From positions 7,070-71,069 of the IMG/VR virus record IMGVR_UViG_3300022699_000278: DNA of 64,000 nucleotides, one strand, 5' to 3'. The stretch is from a virus. Below are positions 36,501 through 46,123 of the stretch, one piece after another. The notes beneath the pieces were generated by a model, which did not search any database, had not been told where the DNA came from, and saw nothing but the letters and a program-made list of their open reading frames with translations. Each line of letters begins with the position of its first letter. The stretch's first letter is position 1. Both the position numbers and the translations under genes were made by a program.

Positions 36501-37961
36501 GATTTCGACAGGTTTGGTTTCGACAGGTTCTTTCCCGACTCGCTCTTCACCCGGTAACCTCTGGATGTTTTCCGTATCACCTTTTGTTCCTTCTATTGCG
36601 GCTTTGGCACGGCTTTCAACCTGCTCGATCTGTTCTTTTGATACAGCCACTCCAAGTGGCCTTACACTCTCCGGTTCCGGATCAGCAGTTTTTACCGCTT
36701 TCTGCATGGTATTTATAACATTTTTGCTCTTTACATCAACACCTTTTATGTCAGCAAGCCCGAACGTCGCCCCCATTATTGTAGATGCGATTGTGTTTAC
36801 CAGATTTTCCCTGCTGAATGCATTGTCTCCGGCAAAAGCTTGCCCTACCGTCTCGACAAGCAAATCCGTTGCCCCCTGAGCAACCGGCTGAATCAATCCT
36901 CTTGGCAGAAACTGCTCCGGTGCCGGGGATGCACCGGCAGCAGCCATGTTTATCACCATGTTTTTTATGGCTTCGCCCCTTACCTCATTATCTTCTGAAA
37001 ATAACTGGTCGTTGTTTCTGGCAAGATAGTCCATGGTTGCTGTGGTCATTCTTGCTATTCCATCAAATGCAGCCTTCCCCGCTTTTCCTGCTTTGGCCAA
37101 TTGAGCAAACTTTGGAACTGCTGACATAGTTTTTATTATACCGGTTCCTCCGGCAATCATCGGAGCCAGAGTTCCTGCAATCTGCCCGGTAATCGCCGCT
37201 GCAGGGTGCTCAGTTTTTCTGTAAGGAGAAACAGGGCTTTTGCTATAGGTGAGTGCAAGTCCAGCCTCTTTCAAACCAGCTTCGAGTGGTGTTTCCGACT
37301 CCGCAACAGCCATAAGCTTCTTTTCAGTAACCTCTTCAGGCTCTGTTGGAATAGCAGTGGTACTGGGTACGGCAAAATCCTCTTCCTTTTTTTGCTCAAC
37401 CTTACCAATCGCTGGCCCTATGGTAGCTTCAGGCAGTTTTTCTTCAGGAACAGACAATCGTGTACGTGTGTCAATAGCAGTTGTGCTCGCAGGCGCTGGT
37501 TGTGCTTTTAGGGTGCCTTCAATCGATTCTACGCTCCTGTCCTGTTCTGGCACGTCTGGCACGTCTTGGGGTGGGTTAAAGGATTTTACAAGCCCCTGGG
37601 CCGCTCCTACGCTTTTTTTTGCTATGTTGCCGATTGCAGAAGCCGCTCCGCCAACCAATTCTTTACCTTTTTCAAGGAGAGATGGTCCCTTCCACTGATC
37701 TTTCAGCTCCGGTCGCAGCTTAATCGCATTATCTACCAGAGTTTCGTCATCCATGTCCTCATACTCAGGGTACTGCGCTTTTATCTCGGCAGCCAATTCG
37801 GAAGTGGAGTACTTTTCAACTTCAGGGGCTTCCATACTTACAGATGCACGAAGCTCTGGCCGGAGTTTGATTGCGTTGTTCACGAGGGTCTGGTTATCCA
37901 TGTCCCCGTATTCCGGGTATTGAGATTTTAACTCTGCTGCAAGCTCGTCAACAGTATACAT
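33534..37961 (-). CDS. Large internal virion/ejection protein (large polyvalent protein-like)
   Basis: 1475 aa, last gene of the virion operon; duplicated N-terminal YPEYxDMDxxTL unit; LPD38-like C-terminal region. Confidence 0.65.
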   Translation of the reverse strand: MYTVDELAAELKSQYPEYGDMDNQTLVNNAIKLRPELRASVSMEAPEVEKYSTSELAAEIKAQYPEYEDMDDETLVDNAIKLRPELKDQWKGPSLLEKGKELVGGAASAIGNIAKKSVGAAQGLVKSFNPPQDVPDVPEQDRSVESIEGTLKAQPAPASTTAIDTRTRLSVPEEKLPEATIGPAIGKVEQKKEEDFAVPSTTAIPTEPEEVTEKKLMAVAESETPLEAGLKEAGLALTYSKSPVSPYRKTEHPAAAITGQIAGTLAPMIAGGTGIIKTMSAVPKFAQLAKAGKAGKAAFDGIARMTTATMDYLARNNDQLFSEDNEVRGEAIKNMVINMAAAGASPAPEQFLPRGLIQPVAQGATDLLVETVGQAFAGDNAFSRENLVNTIASTIMGATFGLADIKGVDVKSKNVINTMQKAVKTADPEPESVRPLGVAVSKEQIEQVESRAKAAIEGTKGDTENIQRLPGEERVGKEPVETKPVEITGEEEAPAGGVFQAKKQVADVPGEQTVKEPVVSQPAPANENILTFKSEGMKDADEQISAKVPEAQMEQKKAGEAGFLKLPGEEVAPEGGVKKVGETLEAGRFAPLSAPAKIAQYIGGTVQSIKDNFTRYESKLDEFPQYKDNKRTQFVPMRRALFNAVAKYRKGSLGKVVAKDGKKGIRAATDILLLRNLKLRGQKGQTLENNLTVDEVTKHLDWLEKTASSEVIEAANDMRTIMRGIGEELVARGKLTAESLEEDYFPHKVLEYLPDFMQKMATPMNRKFGEPYRPYTKKALGSKRIIASDDSVIWTHIAKVLADNAQEDWFTRQAIKYDATNKITPEQRKKLYKGAEVDIDGKKYKALEWKKVRYRVKALNENMLEKALAKDMLVKDWLDTKGPKGGEPVREAIATGKPQMYLLPKEIAQDLDNMIEKSPAVFDLIYRAGHITQKWKGFTLGTAFLPYQVGNAIGDAINVAIFDPFAMTYLPKATRVAAKMFYPNSIGKKVNLSETEQKLYDVATEKDVASSGMTAELRMGPVKGILEKYNTASEYRESLMRLSVLAHQLDRISQGKDVQNLAAIDLNGLDPESAAGKVSREVLIDYLAIPRSYQLFLSRGLMPFVRFHEGNFRNYGRAVSKNKGTHRALNTLTPIVSAYAAQWAYNNLDEDRKEMEMQLPDYMRERFHINLGKTSDGNIKIWAPQQPVDMAMSWLGLDKLNRISSDLKDKRITPKQAAEEFVGAAGTGAVENIQTLMNPFIQMWQGLSTNEDPFTHRQIMPKSIHKQGVFSKYGKKYALEYMMEKIITPVAQYTRTKRGDEPLEHPILDYLKNGPVNVPKAFGFYDIDPITQDLSEHFKVAGPIDAASDYYRVKFYDILDEYGDDILNGLKATQSGTALTDNQQKAVAKIESLTQSAKDNGFTGLAYGSWISNLTAQRKIIDAELRKTTDQAKRRELRTRKKELLSGTQAQYMKQVPKTGRERYVKEMKQRKALP

Positions 37962-39472
37962 TACCTTAGCGCTCCCCCGCCGAGTCCGGAGAAATCAAGG
38001 GACTCTTGCTGTGCTTTGCCACCAATTTTTGCTCCGGGCTGATTAATAATTCCGTACATTCGGTCCTGAAGGGCTTTTAATTCCTGTTGCACCGCGTCAA
38101 TTTCCTGTTGCGAAGGACGTGGAATTCCAGCCAACTGTGCGGTATTACCTAAGTTATATGCATACGCAAGGGCAGCCCTCTTGTTGGGATTCTCTGCAAT
38201 CTGTCTTCCTGCCTCAACAATCCCATTTACCTTTTTCATTGTCTGAACGTTGTATTCTCCTGGAATAACATTATACAAATCCGGAAAACTCTGCTTCAGC
38301 TTCTGGTCAACGGCATCCTGCAGCTTGATTTCAGCATTGCTTATAGCCGCAGATGTAGGTGGTTTTGGAGCAGTTTTCCTTCGGGATTCTTCTTTTAATC
38401 TTTCCTGTGTTAATTTATAACTTTCATCCAGATTCTTTTGGTATTCTTTCTCTCCCTGAACAAGTGTGTTAATTTTGTCACTCATTCTACCAAGAAAGTC
38501 AGTATTTGTTGCCAGGTTAGAAGGTATGCCAAGTTCTTGTGATAGAGCCTCAACCTCAATCCCAAGCTTTGATTCCGTTCCATCAACTATTTGCCGTGGT
38601 GATGCTTCAGGATTTTCGGCGGCCATTTTGGCAACGGTATCAATTAGCTTATTTAATGTTTTTTGCTTCGCTTGTAGCGTTTTTTCGATTATCTTACTGT
38701 CACCAATACCAGCCTGAATTGCAGCCCCCTTGTCAGCAGATGCCAATGTCTTTATTCTGGATTGTTGCTCTTTTCTCTTTTTATCTATCTGTTCCTCATA
38801 TATTTTCATCGGATTCTGGAATATCTCTTCAGTCTGCTTCACTTGGGAACCAAGACCTTCCGGAACCATTTCTCTGGCCTCCGGCGTGAGTCCCGCCATA
38901 CCCTCTTCATACTCAGACGCTCTCGGTGGCCTGCTGAATCTTTGCTCCTCCATCGGAACCTCACCGGTTCTGGCACCAGCCTGCATCGGAACTTCCCCAA
39001 ACCTTTCTCCGGTTTGAATCGGCGGTCCCTCTGCTCGTTCTCCCTGAATCGGCGGTCCCTCTGCCTGTATCTGCCTCGTACCGGTAATCGGCTGCCGCAT
39101 TTCTGATGTGAACTGTGATGCTGAGGATTCGGCTTTGAGGTTATCAACATATTTCTGTGCTATGGGCGCACTGTTCAGAAGATTTTTTAGATTTGCTTCA
39201 GGACCAAGCTCTTCCATCGGTTGTGGAATATACTTTCGTTTCAGTATTTCCATTTTTACCTTATCAATAGATGGGTCGGCGGCTTTTACCTCTGTCTCAA
39301 AATCAGAAAGTATTTGCTTATAAGTAGTGTCGATTTTATCATTGATATTTTTTTGCCTTATAAATTCAGGTATCCTGGAAGCCACATCGGTAAGCGCTTT
39401 GCTTATATCGGCTGTCATCCCACCAATTACATTGGCTCTCGCCATAGCATACTGTCTCGGATAATCATTCAT
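37961..39472 (-). CDS. Putative internal virion (ejection) protein
   Basis: Helical, Q/A/E-rich; short AEGPPIQ and GEVPM repeats; operon position. Confidence 0.55.
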   Translation of the reverse strand: MNDYPRQYAMARANVIGGMTADISKALTDVASRIPEFIRQKNINDKIDTTYKQILSDFETEVKAADPSIDKVKMEILKRKYIPQPMEELGPEANLKNLLNSAPIAQKYVDNLKAESSASQFTSEMRQPITGTRQIQAEGPPIQGERAEGPPIQTGERFGEVPMQAGARTGEVPMEEQRFSRPPRASEYEEGMAGLTPEAREMVPEGLGSQVKQTEEIFQNPMKIYEEQIDKKRKEQQSRIKTLASADKGAAIQAGIGDSKIIEKTLQAKQKTLNKLIDTVAKMAAENPEASPRQIVDGTESKLGIEVEALSQELGIPSNLATNTDFLGRMSDKINTLVQGEKEYQKNLDESYKLTQERLKEESRRKTAPKPPTSAAISNAEIKLQDAVDQKLKQSFPDLYNVIPGEYNVQTMKKVNGIVEAGRQIAENPNKRAALAYAYNLGNTAQLAGIPRPSQQEIDAVQQELKALQDRMYGIINQPGAKIGGKAQQESLDFSGLGGGALR

Positions 39473-39843
39473 ACTCTACCCCGCAATCCATTTACCCTAC
39501 CCACATACAGATTTTTCAGGTTTTCGTTTTTATTGAGTATCTGCGTTAGCCTGCTTACCTGATTGTGAAATGCATCAGACGCCATTCCCTGCAACTCCAG
39601 TCCTAACGCTTGTTTCTGTATTCCTGCTGAAACATTAAATTGCCGCTTCTGCTCAGCAAGCTGTGCCCGTGACAGTTTTTCACTAGAAATTCGTTCTGCC
39701 CTCGATTCGGCAAGCTCAGTCTGGTAAATCTGCCTTGACGCTTTTTCGCCCCTGTCGAGGGCTTTTTTTTGAGCAAATCCGGTAGCTATTGATCCGCCGA
39801 TTGCTCCGATTGCAGATATAATCGCCGCCGCTAATAATTGCAT
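39469..39843 (-). CDS. Putative DNA pilot/ejection protein
   Basis: Gly/Ala hydrophobic N-terminus followed by coiled coil (EQKRQF). Confidence 0.55.
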   Translation of the reverse strand: MQLLAAAIISAIGAIGGSIATGFAQKKALDRGEKASRQIYQTELAESRAERISSEKLSRAQLAEQKRQFNVSAGIQKQALGLELQGMASDAFHNQVSRLTQILNKNENLKNLYVGRVNGLRGRV

Positions 39844-39850
39844 GTTTTAC

Positions 39851-42800
39851 CTACCTCTTTTTAATGTTTTCAGTGCTCAGGCCCTTCTTAATAATATCGT
39901 CAACACTTATTTGTTTATAGTCCTTGTTTGTAACATCGTATAGCTGAACAGAGTTCCCGTCGTAGCCCTGTATTACATACGGTAACTCGCTGATGGAAAT
40001 GAGTTTACCAACACTATCATTGAAGGCATCGTCAACATTGTCATATTGATTTGCATACGCGATATTTTTTTGCTTTTGTTCAACCTTGGGTCTATCGATT
40101 GCCGACTCATAATTTTTATTCGCGCTACTAATGTTATTTGTGTCAGTATCTGTTACAAAGTAATTTGTTGCTCTTGCATCACCACCAGATTTGGCCTCAA
40201 CAAGGCTGTTTACGTCGGCTAACGATATATTTGGTTTTTCCCCACCAATTGTTATATATCCTTCTGGATAGTTGGTATCCATCCTGTCCCAAAACGATAT
40301 ATCGTGCCGCCCCTCATCCCACTTATCCATATCTTCTATCGTGGTTGGCAGCTTGCCTTTTTCATCTTGATACGCCTGTACATCATCAACAGTTCCCTCG
40401 TATCCCTTACTTTGTAACAACCCAAATGTGGTTTCTACCGTTTCTTTTCCGTCTCCAGTTCCAGGGTTTATCACATCTCCGGCATTATTCACCGTTACAC
40501 TATTTCCGGTAAGAACGTTTTTATAAACGTAGTTCTCATCAGCCTCAATATTGAATCCTGCTTCTTTCCCCCCCATCTCTGAATACTTTTTACCAGCATC
40601 AACCATATTATCAAAAGAGGCGATAAAATTACCATACTGGTCAACAACGTTATAAACAGGTGTTATATCAAACTCAAGCTCTCCGGTGAGCCCTGCTGTT
40701 AAGGTATCTTTAATAAGTTGTGCAGAGTCCGGGTCAGTTTCAAGCAGTCCCTTATAAAAGTCAGACTCACTAATTGCATTCCATTCTTCGTCGAGGGCGT
40801 TAACCTGCAGCCCTTCAAACATGCTCTTGGCATTGCCAATGGATGTCTTAAGATCAAGATATTCTTGTTTAGTCAAGTCTATTCCAAGTGTCTTATTCAG
40901 CTCGTCCACATTGGTTATGTCTTCCCTGGCTATATTCTTCATTATCCGCGCAAGAGTATTGTCTCCATAGCGATCAAGCAGCTCCTGGTTTTTCAACATG
41001 CCAAGATCGGTTATCATGTTAAGTCCAGCCACAGACCTTGCCGCCTCTTCCCACGAAGAGTATGTCTGTGCCAGCGTATTAATATCTGCCATGCTTGCAG
41101 CGAATCTATCGGCACCTATATCTGTTATCATCTGGCCAAAATCAAAGGATACACTCGGAAAAAGGTCATTGAGAACACCCTGCGCCTGTGTAATATTGTT
41201 TGCATCGCCGGTTTCAATCAGCATGCTTGCAGCAGACATTTGCTTATCAAATTCATACTTTCCGGTTTCAGTTGTAGCCTTCATGGCAACAAACTCATCT
41301 GGTGTTAACGTGCCTGCCATCTCCGGATACCGTTCAAGTAACTGGTCCAGAGACGCACCTGAATTTATCATATCCATAGTGGAATTAAATTTTTCATCAC
41401 CAAAGGTATTCCTTGCAGACTCCAGAACCACTTTGTCGTATGCCGTCTTGGTCAGATATGATTCTGCCATCTTTGCAAACTCAATTCCACTTATGTCTGT
41501 TCCCAAAACATCCTTGATCGTGGTATATGTTGCACCGCTGTTAATAGCATTGATTGTGTCAAACAGCTGGTCGGCATTAACATTGTTCTGTGCAGCAAGA
41601 TTAGAAATCTCCCCTGCTGTTACCTGCTGCGTTTCTATTGTCCTGCTGTATTCAAGGTCTTTTTCATACTGTTCAGGAGTTATATCAAGGCCCGCTGCAT
41701 TCTTCATATAATTAGCATATCCATTATAATCCTTTGCAGCGAGAAATTGGTTGCCGATATTGATTATATTTTGATCGGTAATACCCTGAAGCGTGGCTTC
41801 CCCTATTTCCCGTTCAACATCCATTCCCTGCATCTGTCGAACTTTGTATTCTCTGGCTATTGACCAGTCCGATCTTGTTGCATCTGGATACTTTTGCTGC
41901 CATGTATCAAAAGAGGTTGTCTGAGCATCATCTGCCATTCTGGCAAATTTCTGGTCTCCGTATTTCTGTTTCGCGAAGTCCATATTTTCACGGAATTTTT
42001 CTTCTTCAAAATCCAGGGACTGCTCAAACTGTCGCCCGATCCTCTCTTCAGAAGCAGCTGCGGTAGCCGCACTCGGTAGCTGTATCGCTGCACCATACGC
42101 CTGTTCACTCTCCTGTTTCCTCAGATTGCTCATAAGCTGGCTTTCCTGTGCGCCTATCTGTCTGCCAAGCCTAGTCTGTTCCGTAGCGGCCTCTCTGCCG
42201 GTAATGTCAGCCTGCGCAAGCTCCTGAGACAACGCACCCTTTGCACTCGCAGCCTCACCAGCAAACCTTTCACGTTCTCCCTCACGTATGGCCTGGTTCA
42301 TTGGGCTGTCATAATCGGCATACCTCTCAAGTCTCTGCAGTCCGCGTGTCTGGTATGGCTTGAATGTATTTTCCGGCATCGTTGTATCGGGAATAGTATC
42401 GTCCTGCTTGTCTGGCGTACCAATCTCGTATCCCTCAATACCATACATTTTTTCCATGGACGCAAGGTTCTCTTGTCCGCCCATCTGGGACGCGGGGGTA
42501 ACGGAAAAGTTACCTCCGGACTGAATGTCAACCCTTTCGCCCTCATGTACAGTTTTCGGGCCTTTGTTGGTGTTCAGGATGCCGGTTGGCCTCTCTTCCT
42601 GCAGTTTGTTGTCATTACCATATCCTGTAAAAAACGACCTTCCCTGCCCTACACCAATAGCTCCAAGCTGGCTCCATAGAGAATCAATATTTTCCCGCTG
42701 ACGATCTTCCTCTGTTTTCTGGTTTCGCTCCAGAAACGGATAATTACTTGCAGACATTTGTGTATCCTTTTTAATATCCCATAAACCAGAATTTTTCCAC

Positions 42801-42856
42801 TTCTGTACCATCCCTGTATATCCTGCGGTATATTTCTTCGTGAATACGACCACCAA
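39851..42856 (-). CDS. Putative internal virion protein
   Basis: 1001-aa acidic helical protein in the ejection-gene position. Confidence 0.55.
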   Translation of the reverse strand: MVVVFTKKYTAGYTGMVQKWKNSGLWDIKKDTQMSASNYPFLERNQKTEEDRQRENIDSLWSQLGAIGVGQGRSFFTGYGNDNKLQEERPTGILNTNKGPKTVHEGERVDIQSGGNFSVTPASQMGGQENLASMEKMYGIEGYEIGTPDKQDDTIPDTTMPENTFKPYQTRGLQRLERYADYDSPMNQAIREGERERFAGEAASAKGALSQELAQADITGREAATEQTRLGRQIGAQESQLMSNLRKQESEQAYGAAIQLPSAATAAASEERIGRQFEQSLDFEEEKFRENMDFAKQKYGDQKFARMADDAQTTSFDTWQQKYPDATRSDWSIAREYKVRQMQGMDVEREIGEATLQGITDQNIINIGNQFLAAKDYNGYANYMKNAAGLDITPEQYEKDLEYSRTIETQQVTAGEISNLAAQNNVNADQLFDTINAINSGATYTTIKDVLGTDISGIEFAKMAESYLTKTAYDKVVLESARNTFGDEKFNSTMDMINSGASLDQLLERYPEMAGTLTPDEFVAMKATTETGKYEFDKQMSAASMLIETGDANNITQAQGVLNDLFPSVSFDFGQMITDIGADRFAASMADINTLAQTYSSWEEAARSVAGLNMITDLGMLKNQELLDRYGDNTLARIMKNIAREDITNVDELNKTLGIDLTKQEYLDLKTSIGNAKSMFEGLQVNALDEEWNAISESDFYKGLLETDPDSAQLIKDTLTAGLTGELEFDITPVYNVVDQYGNFIASFDNMVDAGKKYSEMGGKEAGFNIEADENYVYKNVLTGNSVTVNNAGDVINPGTGDGKETVETTFGLLQSKGYEGTVDDVQAYQDEKGKLPTTIEDMDKWDEGRHDISFWDRMDTNYPEGYITIGGEKPNISLADVNSLVEAKSGGDARATNYFVTDTDTNNISSANKNYESAIDRPKVEQKQKNIAYANQYDNVDDAFNDSVGKLISISELPYVIQGYDGNSVQLYDVTNKDYKQISVDDIIKKGLSTENIKKR

Positions 42857-43205
42857 GATATTCTCCTACGGTAATTACCGTAGCGTCTTTTAAAACGCCC
42901 TCAATATTATTTCCATTATCAGTATCACCAACGCGAATGCATCTGTCATTAAATCGTGCGGCAATAACATGGTCCATTCGCGTTGGAGTGCTTCCATCCA
43001 GCCTGGTAAATACATCCGGATCATTTGCAAGAACCCATGTAAGGTATGCGCTCTGCGGATATTTCGTTGGCTGATTAAGAAACCCATCAGGTTGCAGCTG
43101 GTTCCCGGTAGGCTCGTTTCGTATTTCTTCTATGTCACAGTATTCCGGTGCAGATGCATCTTGTGTCTTGAGCCATTTATCACTTATCGGATAACACTTA
43201 TACAT
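42771..43205 (-). CDS. Hypothetical protein
   Basis: SD GGAGG. Confidence 0.6.
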   Translation of the reverse strand: MYKCYPISDKWLKTQDASAPEYCDIEEIRNEPTGNQLQPDGFLNQPTKYPQSAYLTWVLANDPDVFTRLDGSTPTRMDHVIAARFNDRCIRVGDTDNGNNIEGVLKDATVITVGEYLGGRIHEEIYRRIYRDGTEVEKFWFMGY

Positions 43206-43236
43206 AATTCCTCCTTTTTTTCAAATATAACATTGG

Positions 43237-44013
43237 CTATATTTTGGCATTATATCTATTTTGTATATAACTTACCTCATTCCACTTTCCGCGATTAACA
43301 TAATACATCATTAACGCCTCGTATACCGATGAGTACGCATGGCCGCCTGCAAACCATCCTATTATCGGTATAGTGTTAAGCCATGTTCTGGCAAAAGGCA
43401 GGTTCCTTTTTTGGCCTACATGGACAAGCAAGAAAAAGCCAAGATTATCAACGATATCCCTTTTATTAAATATATTCAAATTATAGAGACCCTTTTCTTT
43501 CCATCTCTTCTTTCCTCTGCGTGTATATGCGGGCGGACCATTAAACGAATAGCATGGTATTCTCACCCCTGTTTTATCATAGAACTTTTCAGCCGCTATT
43601 ATTCCTCTCGCACATCCCCTTGAATGCGAAACAAACTCAACCGGTTTTTTGTTATTAAACAAATACTCCATAAGCGAAAAACATAACTCGTGTCCTGCAT
43701 CATTAAACCCATCGTGCCGTCCGTCATTAAATAATGGCCAAAATCGTATGTTTTCACCCCATGCTTTTAGTCTTCCGCTGGTTCCCAGATTAACAATAAT
43801 TATGCGACTCGGCAAATCAAGAAGATAAGTGAAATCGCATGATGTATAAATACGTTTTACTCGTACCATATCGGGATGCCATATACGCAGTGTGTCCTCG
43901 ATCTTATCACATAATTCAACATCGCCGTCTCCGGAATCTTCTCGGTGAAACGCTGCAAGAGAAACGTAAGGAAATAATCGGGCTGGCGGGTCAAGCAAAT
44001 CATATCGAATCAT
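43237..44013 (-). CDS. Lipase class 3-like alpha/beta hydrolase
   Basis: LGT lid region, HDGF, VSHSRG nucleophile elbow, YSFNGP, DIV, GGHA. Confidence 0.75.
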   Translation of the reverse strand: MIRYDLLDPPARLFPYVSLAAFHREDSGDGDVELCDKIEDTLRIWHPDMVRVKRIYTSCDFTYLLDLPSRIIIVNLGTSGRLKAWGENIRFWPLFNDGRHDGFNDAGHELCFSLMEYLFNNKKPVEFVSHSRGCARGIIAAEKFYDKTGVRIPCYSFNGPPAYTRRGKKRWKEKGLYNLNIFNKRDIVDNLGFFLLVHVGQKRNLPFARTWLNTIPIIGWFAGGHAYSSVYEALMMYYVNRGKWNEVSYIQNRYNAKI

Positions 44014-44469
44014 TTAATATCTCCAACGTTTATTTTTTGTAGTACCCATATTGCCGTTATCATCCAGATGTAAAATGTTTTTGTAGTCAAACACAGGACA
44101 TTCCTTGTCAGGGCCAACTTCACAGTGACCTCGAAATCTGATGCTGCAATTATACTGTGAATTAATTTCATGACATAAATTATAGAGACTTCTCATCTGT
44201 ATAACAGGAAACATTTTCAACCCGCCACAGCAAATTGCAATTGTTCCAGAATTATGTCCATACTGTGCTGCTGGCTTTAGTTCGATATCCCTGCCTGTTT
44301 CAATTAGTCCGGACTTCCTGATATAATAATGATATCCGATACAGTTATACCCGCGATCTCTGTGCCATTCATCAACAACACGCCTTTTGTCATGTGACTT
44401 ATAATCAGATGCGCTGCAATGGATAAAAACAGTATGTACCCTGCGATTTGGCTTTAAAAAAATAATCAT
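44014..44469 (-). CDS. N-acetylmuramoyl-L-alanine amidase endolysin (T7 lysozyme-like)
   Basis: FIHCSAS, WHRDRG, IGYHYYI, GHN..IAIC, GHCE..KECP. Confidence 0.92.
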   Translation of the reverse strand: MIIFLKPNRRVHTVFIHCSASDYKSHDKRRVVDEWHRDRGYNCIGYHYYIRKSGLIETGRDIELKPAAQYGHNSGTIAICCGGLKMFPVIQMRSLYNLCHEINSQYNCSIRFRGHCEVGPDKECPVFDYKNILHLDDNGNMGTTKNKRWRY

Positions 44470-44600
44470 GTTACTATTTCATCAGTTGCTTTATTATTTC
44501 AATGGTTATTTTCCCATAAAACACAATTAGGGCGCTTCCATAACAGCAATAAACCACCATGCGCCAGCTAAACCTATCGATGTATTTAATTAACATACAC

Positions 44601-44834
44601 TTATCCTTTTAATAACATATAAAGAAGGTTCATTGCAAGCCCAGCCAGAGTTATTATAAGTAAACTCATGCTTGCCCGCTGGTTTTTCTTTATTTCATCA
44701 ATACCTTTTCCCCAAACCTCTTTCACCGCATCCCTTCTATCTGCCTCCTCTTTGTCAACTTTTTTTTCAATCCGATTGAATTCTTCCTTTATCCCTTCAC
44801 GGTATTCTCTGCATCTGCTTTCATATTCAATCAT
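44601..44834 (-). CDS. Putative holin-like membrane protein
   Basis: Coiled coil plus C-terminal TM helix, upstream of the amidase. Confidence 0.5.
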   Translation of the reverse strand: MIEYESRCREYREGIKEEFNRIEKKVDKEEADRRDAVKEVWGKGIDEIKKNQRASMSLLIITLAGLAMNLLYMLLKG

Positions 44835-45029
44835 TTTTGATCTCTATTCCTTGCCAGGGAACTATCCCGATCTGATTATCTGGGATATACCCAGGCGTTC
44901 AATTTATCTATTTGGCGTTGCAGCTCTTTCTGTCTGGCTGAAGTCTGTTTCGCCCATTCAATAAGCTGTATCCATGACTTCGGATCATCCGGACTAAGTA
45001 TATCAAGCTGTATGTCCTGTATCTGCAGC

Positions 45030-45296
45030 TCACCCTTCTGGTTCATTCTGCTTTTTCTCCCCGCTATTCGTGGAAGATGCTTTCATCTGAAGTTTCGCCA
45101 GTTCATTTTCAATGCTTCGTATCATGGCTTGCAATTTACTCAATTGGAAAACCGCTTTTCCATATTGCGCATATAACTGTTGGATATATAACTGTTCATG
45201 GGTTGCATGCTTCTGCCTATCCACACCTTGGGTGTTTTCATTTAATTCAACAGGTATTTTTTTACTTCGCTGTTCAGATGGTTTCTTTGCAGTCAT
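45030..45296 (-). CDS. Hypothetical coiled-coil protein
   Basis: SD AAGGAG. Confidence 0.6.
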   Translation of the reverse strand: MTAKKPSEQRSKKIPVELNENTQGVDRQKHATHEQLYIQQLYAQYGKAVFQLSKLQAMIRSIENELAKLQMKASSTNSGEKKQNEPEG

Positions 45297-45307
45297 CGTT
45301 CACTCCT

Positions 45308-45571
45308 TTAGTTGGAAATGTCTATGTTTACAACCGAAAGATATGCTTCTTTCAGCTTGTTTACTATAACCGTATGCATGCTGGTTAAGCTAATCAGCTT
45401 GTCATGTATTTCTTTTGGCGTCCACGGTGTTTCTTTCCCCTGACCAACGTAAACCGGTGTTGTGCTAAAATTAACCACTGCATTTTCTCCAGTTGCCTTC
45501 ATCATAATTCTGAAATCAGCAGCATGATAATAACCCGTAATACGATCCTGAGCGCCTATGCCAATACGCAC
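45308..45571 (-). CDS. Hypothetical protein
   Basis: Operonic ORF. Confidence 0.5.
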   Translation of the reverse strand: MRIGIGAQDRITGYYHAADFRIMMKATGENAVVNFSTTPVYVGQGKETPWTPKEIHDKLISLTSMHTVIVNKLKEAYLSVVNIDISN

Positions 45572-45642
45572 ACTTGGTAAATTAACATTTGATATTGTTT
45601 AATCTTTTGCCAATTTAAACCCCTGTCATGAAAACGTTTTTT

Positions 45643-46107
45643 TTACCGTTTTTGTTTCAGCCCACTCCATCTGGCATGATAATAATTCCCTTTGATTTGC
45701 TTTATTTTGTCTTCATGGGAAAGCAGCATTTTACGTATCCATCCATACATCTGGTCAGATATTCCCCTACGATCTCGTTCTTTGATCAACTCCTGCCAAA
45801 ATACCGCTTCAGGAGAATATATAATCGAATAATCTGGTGTGCCTTTTAAGAAATTAGTCATAACCATTGTTTTATCGAGAAACAAACGGCCACTAAGAAA
45901 CACATCCCAGTCAATATACAGAATATTATCATACTTACACAGTATATCGGCACGAAAGTTGTCACTATCAATAACGGCATTGTCATTCTTTGGATATCTA
46001 TATACTTTTGTTTGAGGATAATAATACTTTACACTATTTACACATGGCACAAGTTCTTCCGGTATGTGTCCGTAAACAACCATGAATACTTTCATTTGAT
46101 CTACCAT
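45643..46107 (-). CDS. Small DxD glycosyltransferase-like protein (GT32-like)
   Basis: CVNSVK, SDNFRADIL, LYIDWDV, YYH. Confidence 0.6.
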   Translation of the reverse strand: MVDQMKVFMVVYGHIPEELVPCVNSVKYYYPQTKVYRYPKNDNAVIDSDNFRADILCKYDNILYIDWDVFLSGRLFLDKTMVMTNFLKGTPDYSIIYSPEAVFWQELIKERDRRGISDQMYGWIRKMLLSHEDKIKQIKGNYYHARWSGLKQKR

Positions 46108-46123
46108 GATATCACCTTCTATC

